This document shows positions 21,693 to 31,236 of a stretch of 64,000 bases of DNA, piece after piece. Location: positions 32,001-96,000 of the forward strand of contig CAWHXY010000008.1 in NCBI GenBank assembly GCA_963833575.1, written 5' to 3'. A model generated the notes under the pieces. The model was not told where the DNA came from, did not search any database, and saw only the letters and a program-made list of their open reading frames with translations. Numbering within the stretch: the stretch's first letter is position 1; every line of letters begins with the position of its first letter. Made by a program: the position numbers and the translations under genes. Source of the stretch: Candidatus Bathyarchaeota archaeon. Its GTDB lineage: Archaea > Thermoproteota > Bathyarchaeia > Bathyarchaeales > Bathycorpusculaceae.

Positions 21693-23135
21693 TCAATAGT
21701 TTGCGGTGTAAATCGCATTCGATGATGGGACTGTTATTGTGTGTGTTTGTGTTCCGTTGTCTGACCAGCTGGTGAAGTTTTGTCCTTGAATGTTGTTTGC
21801 TGTTAGTGTGTATGTGGTTCCAACTTTGGCTTGGAATGTGTAGGGTATCCATTTTTGTGCTACATTATTTACCGATATGGATCCAGGTTCGATGGTTGAA
21901 GCTGTTACTGTTATGGTTACTATAGATGGCACTTCATAGGTAGTGTCCGTTCCGCTATCAGAAATTTTAGTTGTGCATCCGCTGAAAATATTGCCATAAA
22001 CAGTATTATTTGAACACTTTCCATGAATCATTATCCCTGTTGGAGCTTTCGTAATAGTATTGAATTCCACGATATTGTAAGAAGAAGACGGATTATTAGC
22101 TAAATCTATAGCACCACCACTATAACGCGCATTATCGCAATTTGTAAGAGTATTTCCGGAGATTATGCAATTGGTTGCGCCATTACTTGTGCTGCATTCA
22201 GCTAATTCAATTCCTCTTCCAACGTTGATTATTGTATTATTTGCGATTAAGTCGTTTGCGCCGGCTTCGACTGCGATGCCCCAGTAAGAGTTTCCGTAGC
22301 CATACATTGGGCATGATGTGCTGCTGCAGTCGTGAACGTAATTTCCAGTCATGGTTGTGTTTTCGCCTTGGGCATCTACTGCGACGTCGCTGCAGCCGTA
22401 GACTACGTTATTTATGAAGTAATCATTGGTTGATGTCGGGTCGTCTGATATGCCGTTGGCGCCGCAGTTGTAGACGGTGCAGTCTATGACTCCGTTGTTG
22501 TTTCCGGCTTCTTCGTATGCTGCAATTATTCCGAAGCAGCGGACATTGTAAACAGTGCAATTGTAGATTATGTCGTTGTTGCCGCTGTATGTTATTCCAT
22601 CATTGAAGTTTGATCCGGTGAGCATAGTTTTGGCAGAGGGCAATTGGTTTAGTCCGTTTCCGTTTATTGTTGCTCCTGTTACGGTTACGAAGTTGCCGTA
22701 TATCCACATGATTTTGGTGTTTAGGTTGTTGATGGCTGTTAGGACTGCGCCTGGTTGGAATGTTACTGTGACGCTGTTGATGTTGATGTTCCATGTTGCG
22801 TCTACTGTGTATGCGCCGCTTTTGATGCAGATGGTGTTGTCGCTGGTGGCTTTTCCTGTTGTTCCTAGTAGGTAGTTGAATGCTGTGCTGGAGCTTGTGC
22901 TTGTGTAGATTGGGGTGTTGGCGGAGTTTAGTATTTGGTAGTTTGAGCCTGAGGTGTCCATGGTGTAGGAGTATGTTCCTGTTGGAGTTAGTGTGGATGT
23001 TGGATTAGGTGTTGGAGTTAGGGTTGGTGTTAGCGGAACCTGCATATTTCTATGATAAAATGTCGTTGCTGTTGCAACGACTGCAAAAGCTACAATCAAT
23101 GATACGGCTAATGCAATTACTTTCTTCTTATCCAT
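21693..23135 (-). CDS. Secreted right-handed beta-helix (pectin-lyase-like/NosD) protein, paralogue 1
   Basis: N-terminal TM/signal, short TP linker, Asn/Cys-ladder beta-helix repeats ([17 protein letters not shown]), C-terminal FTSWSDNG B-repeat-like module. ORF is open from 23168. Confidence 0.85.
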   Translation of the reverse strand: MDKKKVIALAVSLIVAFAVVATATTFYHRNMQVPLTPTLTPTPNPTSTLTPTGTYSYTMDTSGSNYQILNSANTPIYTSTSSSTAFNYLLGTTGKATSDNTICIKSGAYTVDATWNININSVTVTFQPGAVLTAINNLNTKIMWIYGNFVTVTGATINGNGLNQLPSAKTMLTGSNFNDGITYSGNNDIIYNCTVYNVRCFGIIAAYEEAGNNNGVIDCTVYNCGANGISDDPTSTNDYFINNVVYGCSDVAVDAQGENTTMTGNYVHDCSSTSCPMYGYGNSYWGIAVEAGANDLIANNTIINVGRGIELAECSTSNGATNCIISGNTLTNCDNARYSGGAIDLANNPSSSYNIVEFNTITKAPTGIMIHGKCSNNTVYGNIFSGCTTKISDSGTDTTYEVPSIVTITVTASTIEPGSISVNNVAQKWIPYTFQAKVGTTYTLTANNIQGQNFTSWSDNGTQTHTITVPSSNAIYTANY

Positions 23136-23454
23136 TTTTACCAACCAAATATAGGCAGGAAAATCCACTTTTATTGATTCCTTGCTATTACCTCATAACT
23201 TAAGCTTTAGAATTAGCATAGTTCACACTATATAAGTACTATCATTCAAGTAATCAATTAACTTTCTTTATTAAACATAACACTAACATGCTGTCCTGAA
23301 AAAGTTCTCAAGTCTTAAATGGTCAGACTCGGGTTAAGGCTGCAGATAAATGTTGAAGGCGAGTACAAGTGGTAAACGCTGATACAAAATGAGGACAGAA
23401 AACCATAAAAGAATTAAACCTATACTAAAAAAAGTACGCTGAAGATGTGATGAT

Positions 23455-24630
23455 TTGAAGATTTGCCTTACGTATCCTTTTTATCTTCCATACATTGGAG
23501 GCATAGAACTGCATATGAGTGAATTAGCCTCATATTTGGCTGGGCAAGGTCATGAGGTCTGTATTTTTACTTCTATGTTGAAAAAGGATTTGTTCAAAAC
23601 TAATTATGCATTGAAGTTCAATGAGTCTTTGAGACAGCCAGAAACTGAGCATGATAACAGTATTGTTATACGACGATTTAATCCTGAAATTTATTTACCG
23701 CGTGGAACACCAGCTACTTTACAGTTTTTGTTTGAGTATTCTGAGGCTTTCAGACGGTTCAAAGCCAAGAATCATTTTGATATTATACATTGGCACAGCT
23801 TTCAGAAAGGCGCGATAAATCTTCTTATGGGTTCTGGTTCCCAAACTAATAACATTTTAACTCTTCATGGACAATTTTACCCTGCTAATGATCCTTTCTT
23901 TTATAAGCGGGTCTTTATGAGATCGGTTCTTAACAAAATTGATGGTATAATCTGCATCAGCAAGGAGTGCCTGATGGATGCACTTAAATGCAATATCGAA
24001 GAAAACAAGCTGTATCTTCTTTCAAATTGGGTGGATACTGACCTCTTTAAGCCGGTGCAAAAACAATCTTCTCAAGACGACGTTAACTGTGTTCTTTACG
24101 TTGGAAGAATGGTTAAAGAAAAAGGAGTAGATGTGTTAATTGTAGCGCTAAGTGATCTCTTGAAAGAAGGAGTAAAAGTAAAAGCACTTTTGGTGGGCGA
24201 TGGACCTGATTTACCCTATTTTATTCACTTAGCAAAACAATTAGGTATTGATAAGAATGTTGTTTTTACAGGAAACGTGCCTATTGGAAAAACGGCGTTA
24301 TACTATTCAATGGCTGATATTTTTGTTTTAATGTCCACTCATGAACCACAGGGCAGAGTTTTGCTTGAAGCTATGAGTGCCGGGATACCTGTGATAGCCT
24401 TCAAAAGTGAAGGTGTTGCCGAAATCGTTCCTCCTGATGCGGGCATTTTATTAGAGGATAGAAGCGCTAGCGCTGTAAAAGATGCTATTCATCAATTACT
24501 GACCGATGAGAGAAAAAAAAGGAAAATGCGCGAGAACGGCCGAAAGTTCGTAGTCCAAAATTACGGCATGAAAGTTGTCTTGCCAAAAATCGAAAAAATT
24601 TATGAATCTGTAAGAACTATCGGATCTTAA
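23455..24630 (+). CDS. Glycosyltransferase family 4 (GT-B)
   Basis: PYIGGIE, VGRMVKEKGVD and EPQGRVLLEAMSAG motifs. Confidence 0.92.
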   Translation: MKICLTYPFYLPYIGGIELHMSELASYLAGQGHEVCIFTSMLKKDLFKTNYALKFNESLRQPETEHDNSIVIRRFNPEIYLPRGTPATLQFLFEYSEAFRRFKAKNHFDIIHWHSFQKGAINLLMGSGSQTNNILTLHGQFYPANDPFFYKRVFMRSVLNKIDGIICISKECLMDALKCNIEENKLYLLSNWVDTDLFKPVQKQSSQDDVNCVLYVGRMVKEKGVDVLIVALSDLLKEGVKVKALLVGDGPDLPYFIHLAKQLGIDKNVVFTGNVPIGKTALYYSMADIFVLMSTHEPQGRVLLEAMSAGIPVIAFKSEGVAEIVPPDAGILLEDRSASAVKDAIHQLLTDERKKRKMRENGRKFVVQNYGMKVVLPKIEKIYESVRTIGS

Positions 24631-24982
24631 ATGCCTAGTAAAATCAGTTGTTCTTTTTTCTTCTTTTAATTTCTTTTTTCCAAATCTGCCTTTTTGTATT
24701 TACAGGTAATTTTTTCTAGATAGTTTCCTGTCACAGTCGATGTAATCAAGAACTCGCTCAAAAGACTTTTTTTCAATCTTTTTACTTTGATATTGTCGTA
24801 ATCTCCTGGTTTGTCAGAACTTTGAAAGTACGATTTTTGCTGCTTTTGATATTCATTTAAGAAGTAACTTGTGTGTTAATGTACTTGAGGACGGTTAATC
24901 TTAGCTCCAACTAATTGTCAGAGTATTTAACCTTGCTTCACCAATTAATTTTAAGGAAAAAAGCAAGTGACTAGGGAAAAAC

Positions 24983-27322
24983 GTGAAAGTTAACTTCAGT
25001 AAATTAAGTGAAATTCAAAAAATCGCTATTACCTTATTCTTAGTTTGTATTCTTGTTTTCAGTGGAGGGATCCTTACGGGAAAATTCCTTTTCGCCACAA
25101 GTAGCGCCTCCACTCTTCTAAACTATTATTTGCACCAATCAACCGCGCCCTATCAATACATGATAGTGACCAACAATAACGGCGGGTATTTTGCCATTAA
25201 TGGAACAGACGGTTCATGGGTCACATCTTGGGCATCAACAAACCTAACGCAGACAGAACAGGACGCGGTTAAAGCGAAAACCGGAAACAGCACCATAATA
25301 CTAAATCAACTCCAATGGGAACCAGCCATAGAAATCCCAATAGGCGTTTTGGTTTGGGCGAATTACGGAGGAAAACTACCAACACTTTGGGACAGCACCG
25401 GCGAAATATCCCTTGTGGGTGCTGCAGGACCAAGAGGACCGACGGGTGCCACTGGACCACAAGGGGCGACGGGAGCAACCGGCGCGACAGGACCGCAAGG
25501 AATACAAGGAGCAGCTGGAACCAACGGAACAATCGGCGCGACATGGTGGTACGGCTCAATAATACCTTCTAGTGAAACTGGAAACGATGGCGACTTATAC
25601 ATCAACACAGCAAACGGCTACGTTTACGCAAAAATCTCAGGGACTTGGACCTACCAAACAAATCTAACAGGGTCTCAAGGAATACAAGGCATTCAAGGCG
25701 TACAGGGAGTTGCAGGAGCTATCGCAGTCGTAATCCAACCTTATTCTTACCTGATCTACTATAATTCTACTAACCGTGAATATATGGTGCAAAATGGAAC
25801 CAATGGGGCAATTATAAACAGCTGGTCCTCAACAGTGGACGCCTCATCAGTAATCCAAGACTGCGTTTCAGCAATAAACTCGTCTGGGCATACAGGCATC
25901 ATAGATTTTGCTCAAGGAGGCTTTTATCCCGCTGACAACCTGAATATAACTGGTGGAGTAACCTTTTCTGGTGCAGGCGCAGTATCCAGCGCGACAACAA
26001 CATCTGCAACCATTCTCCAAGATGGACCCAATAACCTGATGAATTTCAATCAAGCAACCACTGACTTCGCATTCACTATGAAAGATATAACTCTACAAGG
26101 CGACTATCATACTTATTCAACAGGAAGCGGATTATATATTACACCAAAAGGCTCTGGAGCATTAAATGATGTTTTTCTGCAAAGAGTATTCATGCTATAT
26201 TTTCCTGCATATGCCATTTATACTACAACTACTTGGGGCTGGATGATTTCAAACAGCATCTTTGAATATAACTGTGTAAATGCCACATCTGACTATGCAA
26301 TTTATTTTGCAAGCCTTGGAAGTAACCAAGCTGATTTAGGATACAGCAAAATCTTGACGAATTATGGCGGTGGCATCTATAGTAAATCTGCCACCATGAT
26401 AATCACTGAAAACCAAATAGGAGGAAACATTGGCTACGGAGCTTACTTGAATAACGGTTTTATAACTTTTGATTCAAACCAAGTTTACAGCAATACGCTC
26501 GGTGGAATATATGTCGCTTCATCTTATGACACAATTTCTAACAACGAAATTGACTCCAATCCTGGCGGGGGAATATTCCTCACTGGTTACGCTGGTGAAA
26601 TAGTAGGAAATACACTATACCAAAATGGCGGCTCACAAATTGTGGCTACAGGAACAGACACAACAATAGCTTCTAACTCTATCAATGGCGGTTTAGGGCA
26701 AGGATTAACTATCAATGCTTCTAGCTGCACTATCGAAAACAATGTTCTTGACGGAAACGGCAATTTATCAATCATTCAAGCACTTCTAAATGGAGCAAAC
26801 TGCACAGTTTCCGGAAACGTCTTCGATGGTAGCGGTATAAGCGGGGGAGGCTTAGAAATTATAGGCGTACCATCGCAAACAGGCAATATGGTTACAAACA
26901 ACATCTTTGAGAAAAATGTAGGCACTGATTTCAGCTTTAACAATAACGCAATATACCTAGACAGATGTTATGCACCAACAACAATCAGAGATAACAGTGG
27001 CTTAAACCTTCTTAGTGCATCACCTAAACTATTTTGGATAAATGGCGTAGGCTACATTCAAGCTTATGGAAAAGATCTTTTCTATGGAGTCGGGAACGCA
27101 ACCTCAACATGGATTACGGGTCAAACATACACAGTCACAGGCTTTGATGTCAATGTCTACTTAGTAGGCGGGGGCTCAAATGATACAGTTTCAATAAACG
27201 GCATCACAATTGTTAGTACAGCCCAAATAACCACGCTCTCAATACCTGCACCCGTAGGAACAACTATAACGATAACATGCAACTCAATGCCAATGATAGC
27301 TATAGTTCCCGTTCCACAATAG
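24983..27322 (+). CDS. Membrane-anchored collagen-like (Gly-X-Y) plus right-handed beta-helix protein
   Basis: N-terminal TM, GPRGPTGATGPQGATG..., GDLYINTANGYVY motif, long NxI beta-helix region. Confidence 0.82.
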   Translation: MKVNFSKLSEIQKIAITLFLVCILVFSGGILTGKFLFATSSASTLLNYYLHQSTAPYQYMIVTNNNGGYFAINGTDGSWVTSWASTNLTQTEQDAVKAKTGNSTIILNQLQWEPAIEIPIGVLVWANYGGKLPTLWDSTGEISLVGAAGPRGPTGATGPQGATGATGATGPQGIQGAAGTNGTIGATWWYGSIIPSSETGNDGDLYINTANGYVYAKISGTWTYQTNLTGSQGIQGIQGVQGVAGAIAVVIQPYSYLIYYNSTNREYMVQNGTNGAIINSWSSTVDASSVIQDCVSAINSSGHTGIIDFAQGGFYPADNLNITGGVTFSGAGAVSSATTTSATILQDGPNNLMNFNQATTDFAFTMKDITLQGDYHTYSTGSGLYITPKGSGALNDVFLQRVFMLYFPAYAIYTTTTWGWMISNSIFEYNCVNATSDYAIYFASLGSNQADLGYSKILTNYGGGIYSKSATMIITENQIGGNIGYGAYLNNGFITFDSNQVYSNTLGGIYVASSYDTISNNEIDSNPGGGIFLTGYAGEIVGNTLYQNGGSQIVATGTDTTIASNSINGGLGQGLTINASSCTIENNVLDGNGNLSIIQALLNGANCTVSGNVFDGSGISGGGLEIIGVPSQTGNMVTNNIFEKNVGTDFSFNNNAIYLDRCYAPTTIRDNSGLNLLSASPKLFWINGVGYIQAYGKDLFYGVGNATSTWITGQTYTVTGFDVNVYLVGGGSNDTVSINGITIVSTAQITTLSIPAPVGTTITITCNSMPMIAIVPVPQ

Positions 27323-27880
27323 GTTAAAAAAATACATCGGTTCTTAACTTTTGATTCTCCTACAACTCCTGCTACACTGCCTTGTCCCAAGCGTTGAATT
27401 AGCTGGGTGAAACTGCTTTTTCTTGTCTTCTAATTTTTTCAGCTTTTTCCTGTTCAGAAACAAGCATAATATGCCGAATAGTGCAATAGGTGCAATGTGT
27501 TACGAGTCTGTAGTCTTGTTCATTGCCGTATTGAACTTTTAAGTAGCTATTTACCGCTTAACGAGTGTTTCTTCTCGTTCTGGTTAGCGGATGCAAAAAG
27601 AAATGATAGTGTAAGCGCCTTTCAGAGTTAATTGGCAAACGAAGTTTTGTGCCTAAAACGAAAGTTCTGCCTGCCGTCCAACCTTCTGCTTCCCACACAT
27701 AGCTATAACTCTTTATGTCACATATCCCAAAAAAAACATTCATTACTCTTAAACAAGGTTTTTATGTTAGCGATTGGTTAAGGCTCGGAGCTTTGGTGAC
27801 CTAAAACGGAACAATTTCTTGAACATTATCGCGCTGATTTTCTTGAAGTCCTTGCACACCAGAAACTATTTGGGTATTTT

Positions 27881-28696
27881 TTGATCCTTTGGGGTGCATA
27901 TTTCATTGCCGCGGTAGTCCAAGACCCATTCGTGGATTCGGCGCCTAGTTTTGGCTATTTGGAAACCGCCTATGCAGTTGTAAACATAATTTTTAGTCTG
28001 ATAATCCTTGTAACTGCGGTGGTACTGGTGTTTCTGGGACGGAACGTTTTAAGAAGCAATTCAATATCTTCGGCGAAACAGAAACTGCTTGGGTATTTTC
28101 TGGTTCTTTGGGGTGCAGGGTGGTTCTTAAACGCCATTTTGAATGTGTTGCCTAATTATGGTTATTGGAAAACCGCAAGCACAGGGGTGTTCATCATTTT
28201 GAGTCTGATATACCTTGTAACTGCGGTGGTACTGGTGTTTCTGGGACGGAACGTTTTAAGAAGCAATTCAATATCTTCGGCGAAACAGAAACTGCTTGGG
28301 TATTTTCTGGTTCTTTGGGGTATAATATTCTTTGTCACTCCAGTCGAACAGTCATTGTATAGTCATAATTTAGGCATCGCATACACAGGGTCATCGATCA
28401 TTTTGAGTCTGATATACCTTGTAACTGCGGTGGTACTGGTGTTTCTGGGACGGAACGTTTTAAGAAGCAATTCAATATCTTCGGCGAAACAGAAACTGCT
28501 TGGGTATTTTCTGGTTCTTTGGGGTGCAGGGTGGTTCTTAAACGCCATCCTAAATGCGTTTTACAGTTATGGTTATTGGAAAAACCTAGACTCAGATTAT
28601 AACATCATTGCATATGCGGTATTCCTTGCCACTGCGGCGGTGCTGGTATTGCTGGGACGTAAAGTTTTAGGAAACAAGACAGACAAATCATCTTGA
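27881..28696 (+). CDS. Repetitive multi-pass membrane protein (four TM-hairpin units)
   Basis: LVTAVVLVFLGRNVLRSNSISSAKQKLLGYFLVLWG occurs three times plus degenerate ends; frame is open from 27800 so the start is uncertain. Confidence 0.7.
   Translation: MILWGAYFIAAVVQDPFVDSAPSFGYLETAYAVVNIIFSLIILVTAVVLVFLGRNVLRSNSISSAKQKLLGYFLVLWGAGWFLNAILNVLPNYGYWKTASTGVFIILSLIYLVTAVVLVFLGRNVLRSNSISSAKQKLLGYFLVLWGIIFFVTPVEQSLYSHNLGIAYTGSSIILSLIYLVTAVVLVFLGRNVLRSNSISSAKQKLLGYFLVLWGAGWFLNAILNAFYSYGYWKNLDSDYNIIAYAVFLATAAVLVLLGRKVLGNKTDKSS
28006..28525 (+). repeat. Three ~109-bp identical cores spaced 207 and 204 bp apart
   Basis: ccttgtaactgcggtggtactgg...ctttggggt begins at 28006, 28213 and 28417. Confidence 0.92.
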
Positions 28697-28883
28697 CAAA
28701 GCAGACCAATGGAAAACACATGCTTTTTCTATTTATACTATTTCTATAAAAGACCCGAAGAAAATGTAAGAACTAGGTGTTTTCCATAGATTTTCGTATG
28801 TTTACTGCTCTGACTTTGGTTGTCGAAGCTGACGTCAAAAAATCAGGTGTCATTGTTGTGGTAGGTGTTGGACTACCATCTGA

Positions 28884-30530
28884 TCAATAGTTTGCGGTGT
28901 AAATCGCATTCGATGATGGGACTGTTATTGTGTGTGTTTGTGTTCCGTTGTCTGACCAGCTGGTGAAGTTTTGTCCTTGAATGTTGTTTGCTGTTAGTGT
29001 GTATGTGGTTCCAACTTTGGCTTGGAATGTGTAGGGTATCCATTTTTGTGCTACATTGTTTACGGATATGGATCCAGATGCATTAGGTGAAGATGTAACT
29101 GTTATAGCTACTATGGATGGCGCTGTGGTTGTAATGGTTCCTGTTCCTGAATTAGAATAATTTGTTGTGCAACCGAAATATGTGTTTCCGTAAACTGTAT
29201 TGCTCGCACCGGTTGAACTTATGCCAATACCTAATATTGCTGTCGTAATAGTGTTAAACTCTATAATGTCATGTGCGGCATTAGTATAAATAGCGGCAGC
29301 ATAGCCTTCACTCGCTGGATGACAGTTTGTGAAAGTGTTTCCAGAAATTAAAACATAACTGCACCCATCGGTTACGTATATTCCTACACCACAATTAAGT
29401 GCTGTGTTTCCAGCTACAAGTTCGTATTGATTGCTTGTGCCTCCGCCAACTTCAACTGAAATAGCCCAGTAAGAGTTTCCGTAGCCATACATTGGGCATG
29501 ATGTGCTGCTGCAGTCGTGAACGTAATTTCCAGTCATGGTTGTGTTTTCGCCTTGGGCATCTACTCCAACGTCGCTGCAGCCGTAGACTACGTTATTTAT
29601 GAAGTAGCTGTTGGTTGATGTCGGGTCGTCTGATATGCCGTTGGCGCCGCAGTTGTAGACGGTGCAGTCTATGACTCCGTTGTTGTTTCCGCCTTCTTCG
29701 TATGCCGCAATTATTCCGAAGCAGCGGACATTATAAACAGTGCAATTATAAATTACAACATTATCTCCACTAAACGTTATGCCGTCATTAAAGTTAGCTC
29801 CATCATTATAGTTAACTAACAGGACATCAGCAGCAGGAGTTTGTTTTAGTCCGTTTCCGTTTATTGTTGCTCCTGTTACGGTGACGTTGTTGCTGTATAT
29901 CCACATGACTTCGTTTCCAGTACCGCTGAAGGGAACTGCTGTTAGGACTGCGCCTGGTTGGAATGTTACTGTGACGCTGTTGATGTTGATGTTCCATGTT
30001 GCGTCTACTGTGTATGCGCCGCTTTTGATGCAGATGGTGTTGTCGCTGGTGGCTTTTCCTGTTGTTCCTAGTAGGTAGTTGAATGCTGTGCTGGAGCTTG
30101 TGCTTGTGTAGATTGGGGTGTTGGCGGAGTTTAGTATTTGGTAGTTTGAGCCTGAGGTGTCCATGGTGTAGGAGTATGTTCCTGTTGGTGTGGCGGTTGG
30201 TGTTGGTGTTGGTGTGGCGGTTGGTGTTGGTGTTGGTGTGGCGGTTGGTGTTGGTGTTGGTGTGGCGGTTGGTGTTGGTGTTGGTGTGGCGGTTGGTGTT
30301 GGTGTTGGTGTGGCGGTTGGTGTTGGTGTTGGTGTGGCGGTTGGTGTTGGTGTTGGTGTGGCGGTTGGTGTTGGTGTTGGTGTGGCGGTTGGTGTCTGCG
30401 AAGAAGTAAGTTGGACAACTCCGGTTGATTGGAGGGTGAAAGAAGTTTGTATAGATGCGTTGCCTGCGTTCACATAGAACGCTGCAAAAACAATGATGAT
30501 TGCAAAGGCGACTAAGGCTTGCTTTTTCAT
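28884..30530 (-). CDS. Secreted right-handed beta-helix protein, paralogue 2
   Basis: Signal peptide, (TPTPTPTA)n stalk, blocks identical to paralogues 1 and 3. Confidence 0.87.
   Translation of the reverse strand: MKKQALVAFAIIIVFAAFYVNAGNASIQTSFTLQSTGVVQLTSSQTPTATPTPTPTATPTPTPTATPTPTPTATPTPTPTATPTPTPTATPTPTPTATPTPTPTATPTPTPTATPTGTYSYTMDTSGSNYQILNSANTPIYTSTSSSTAFNYLLGTTGKATSDNTICIKSGAYTVDATWNININSVTVTFQPGAVLTAVPFSGTGNEVMWIYSNNVTVTGATINGNGLKQTPAADVLLVNYNDGANFNDGITFSGDNVVIYNCTVYNVRCFGIIAAYEEGGNNNGVIDCTVYNCGANGISDDPTSTNSYFINNVVYGCSDVGVDAQGENTTMTGNYVHDCSSTSCPMYGYGNSYWAISVEVGGGTSNQYELVAGNTALNCGVGIYVTDGCSYVLISGNTFTNCHPASEGYAAAIYTNAAHDIIEFNTITTAILGIGISSTGASNTVYGNTYFGCTTNYSNSGTGTITTTAPSIVAITVTSSPNASGSISVNNVAQKWIPYTFQAKVGTTYTLTANNIQGQNFTSWSDNGTQTHTITVPSSNAIYTANY
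30184..30395. repeat. 24-bp minisatellite, about 8.7 copies, encoding a TPTPTPTA stalk
   Basis: Perfect tandem unit ggtgtggcggttggtgttggtgtt. Confidence 0.95.
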
Positions 30531-30610
30531 TTATGCGTTCACTCTTAAGCATTATTCTGGGAGTGTGATATGTAGGAAGACTTACGATTTAATAAATATA
30601 GTGGATCAAC

Positions 30611-30679
30611 TGAACAACACAAATAACTTGAACAACACAAATTCACATTTCAAAGTATTAGATGATTTTTAAAAATCAT
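30611..30679. promoter_or_regulatory. Candidate operator upstream of paralogue 2: 14-bp direct repeat and 18-bp perfect palindrome
   Basis: tgaacaacacaaat at 30611 and 30629; ATGATTTTTAAAAATCAT at 30662-30679. Confidence 0.35.
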
Positions 30680-30834
30680 TCTCAGCTAATTTGAACCTGC
30701 CTTTTATTCGTATGCTGAATCTTATAATGCAAGCTATGTTTGGGGTACCGGCGGGGAAAGATTTTGTAGTTGTCTGTCCAAGCTGAAGGAATGTGCTTTC
30801 TATATTTCACGTCAGGGTCATTGGACGAACTAGA

Positions 30835-31080
30835 ATGCTTGTGTGCAGCTGAAAATGGAGCAAAAGAACGATTGCCCGTGCAATCCATCGCAAAAAGAGC
30901 AGAAGCATCGATGAAGTTGCAGACGTAGCAAACCTGAAGAGAAGAAACGTTTATGCGCTTCTACATCGTCTTCAGGAAAGAGGTATGGGCGGAAAAGAAA
31001 GTAATAAACAAACCGGCAGATCAGCATCCCCGTTAAACAACACAAAGAACATGTACAACAGCTCAATAGAAGACTTCTAG
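30835..31080 (+). pseudogene. Degraded winged-helix/HTH gene fragment
   Basis: Frame reads SIDEVADVANLKRRNVYALLHRLQERG (HTH-like); in-frame TGA at 30850 after ATG 30835. Confidence 0.4.
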
Positions 31081-31236
31081 AAAACGAAACCTGCCAGTGA
31101 TCCGCCAAGAAAGTAAGCCATTAGGCATAAAATGAAGCTTGTTTTTGCTTCGTTATTAGTCGTTTACAGTGATCTTAAGAAGCTGCAACTTCAAGAAAAT
31201 AAAGGGTATTGTGGTAGGTGTTGGACTACCATCTGA

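Noticed and set aside
24983-27322. Provirus
   Set aside because: No integrase, capsid, terminase or other viral genes around the fibre-like gene.
28006-28525. CRISPR-like constant/variable alternation
   Set aside because: Repeats are ~109 bp, in-frame coding and only three in number; no cas genes.
30083-30477. Off-frame ORFs with (WRLVLVLV)n, (HQHQPP)n, (VGVGVA)n and (HTNTNTNR)n
   Set aside because: These are shadow frames of the 24-bp Thr/Pro minisatellite in the real minus-strand gene; the same applies at 32144-32797.
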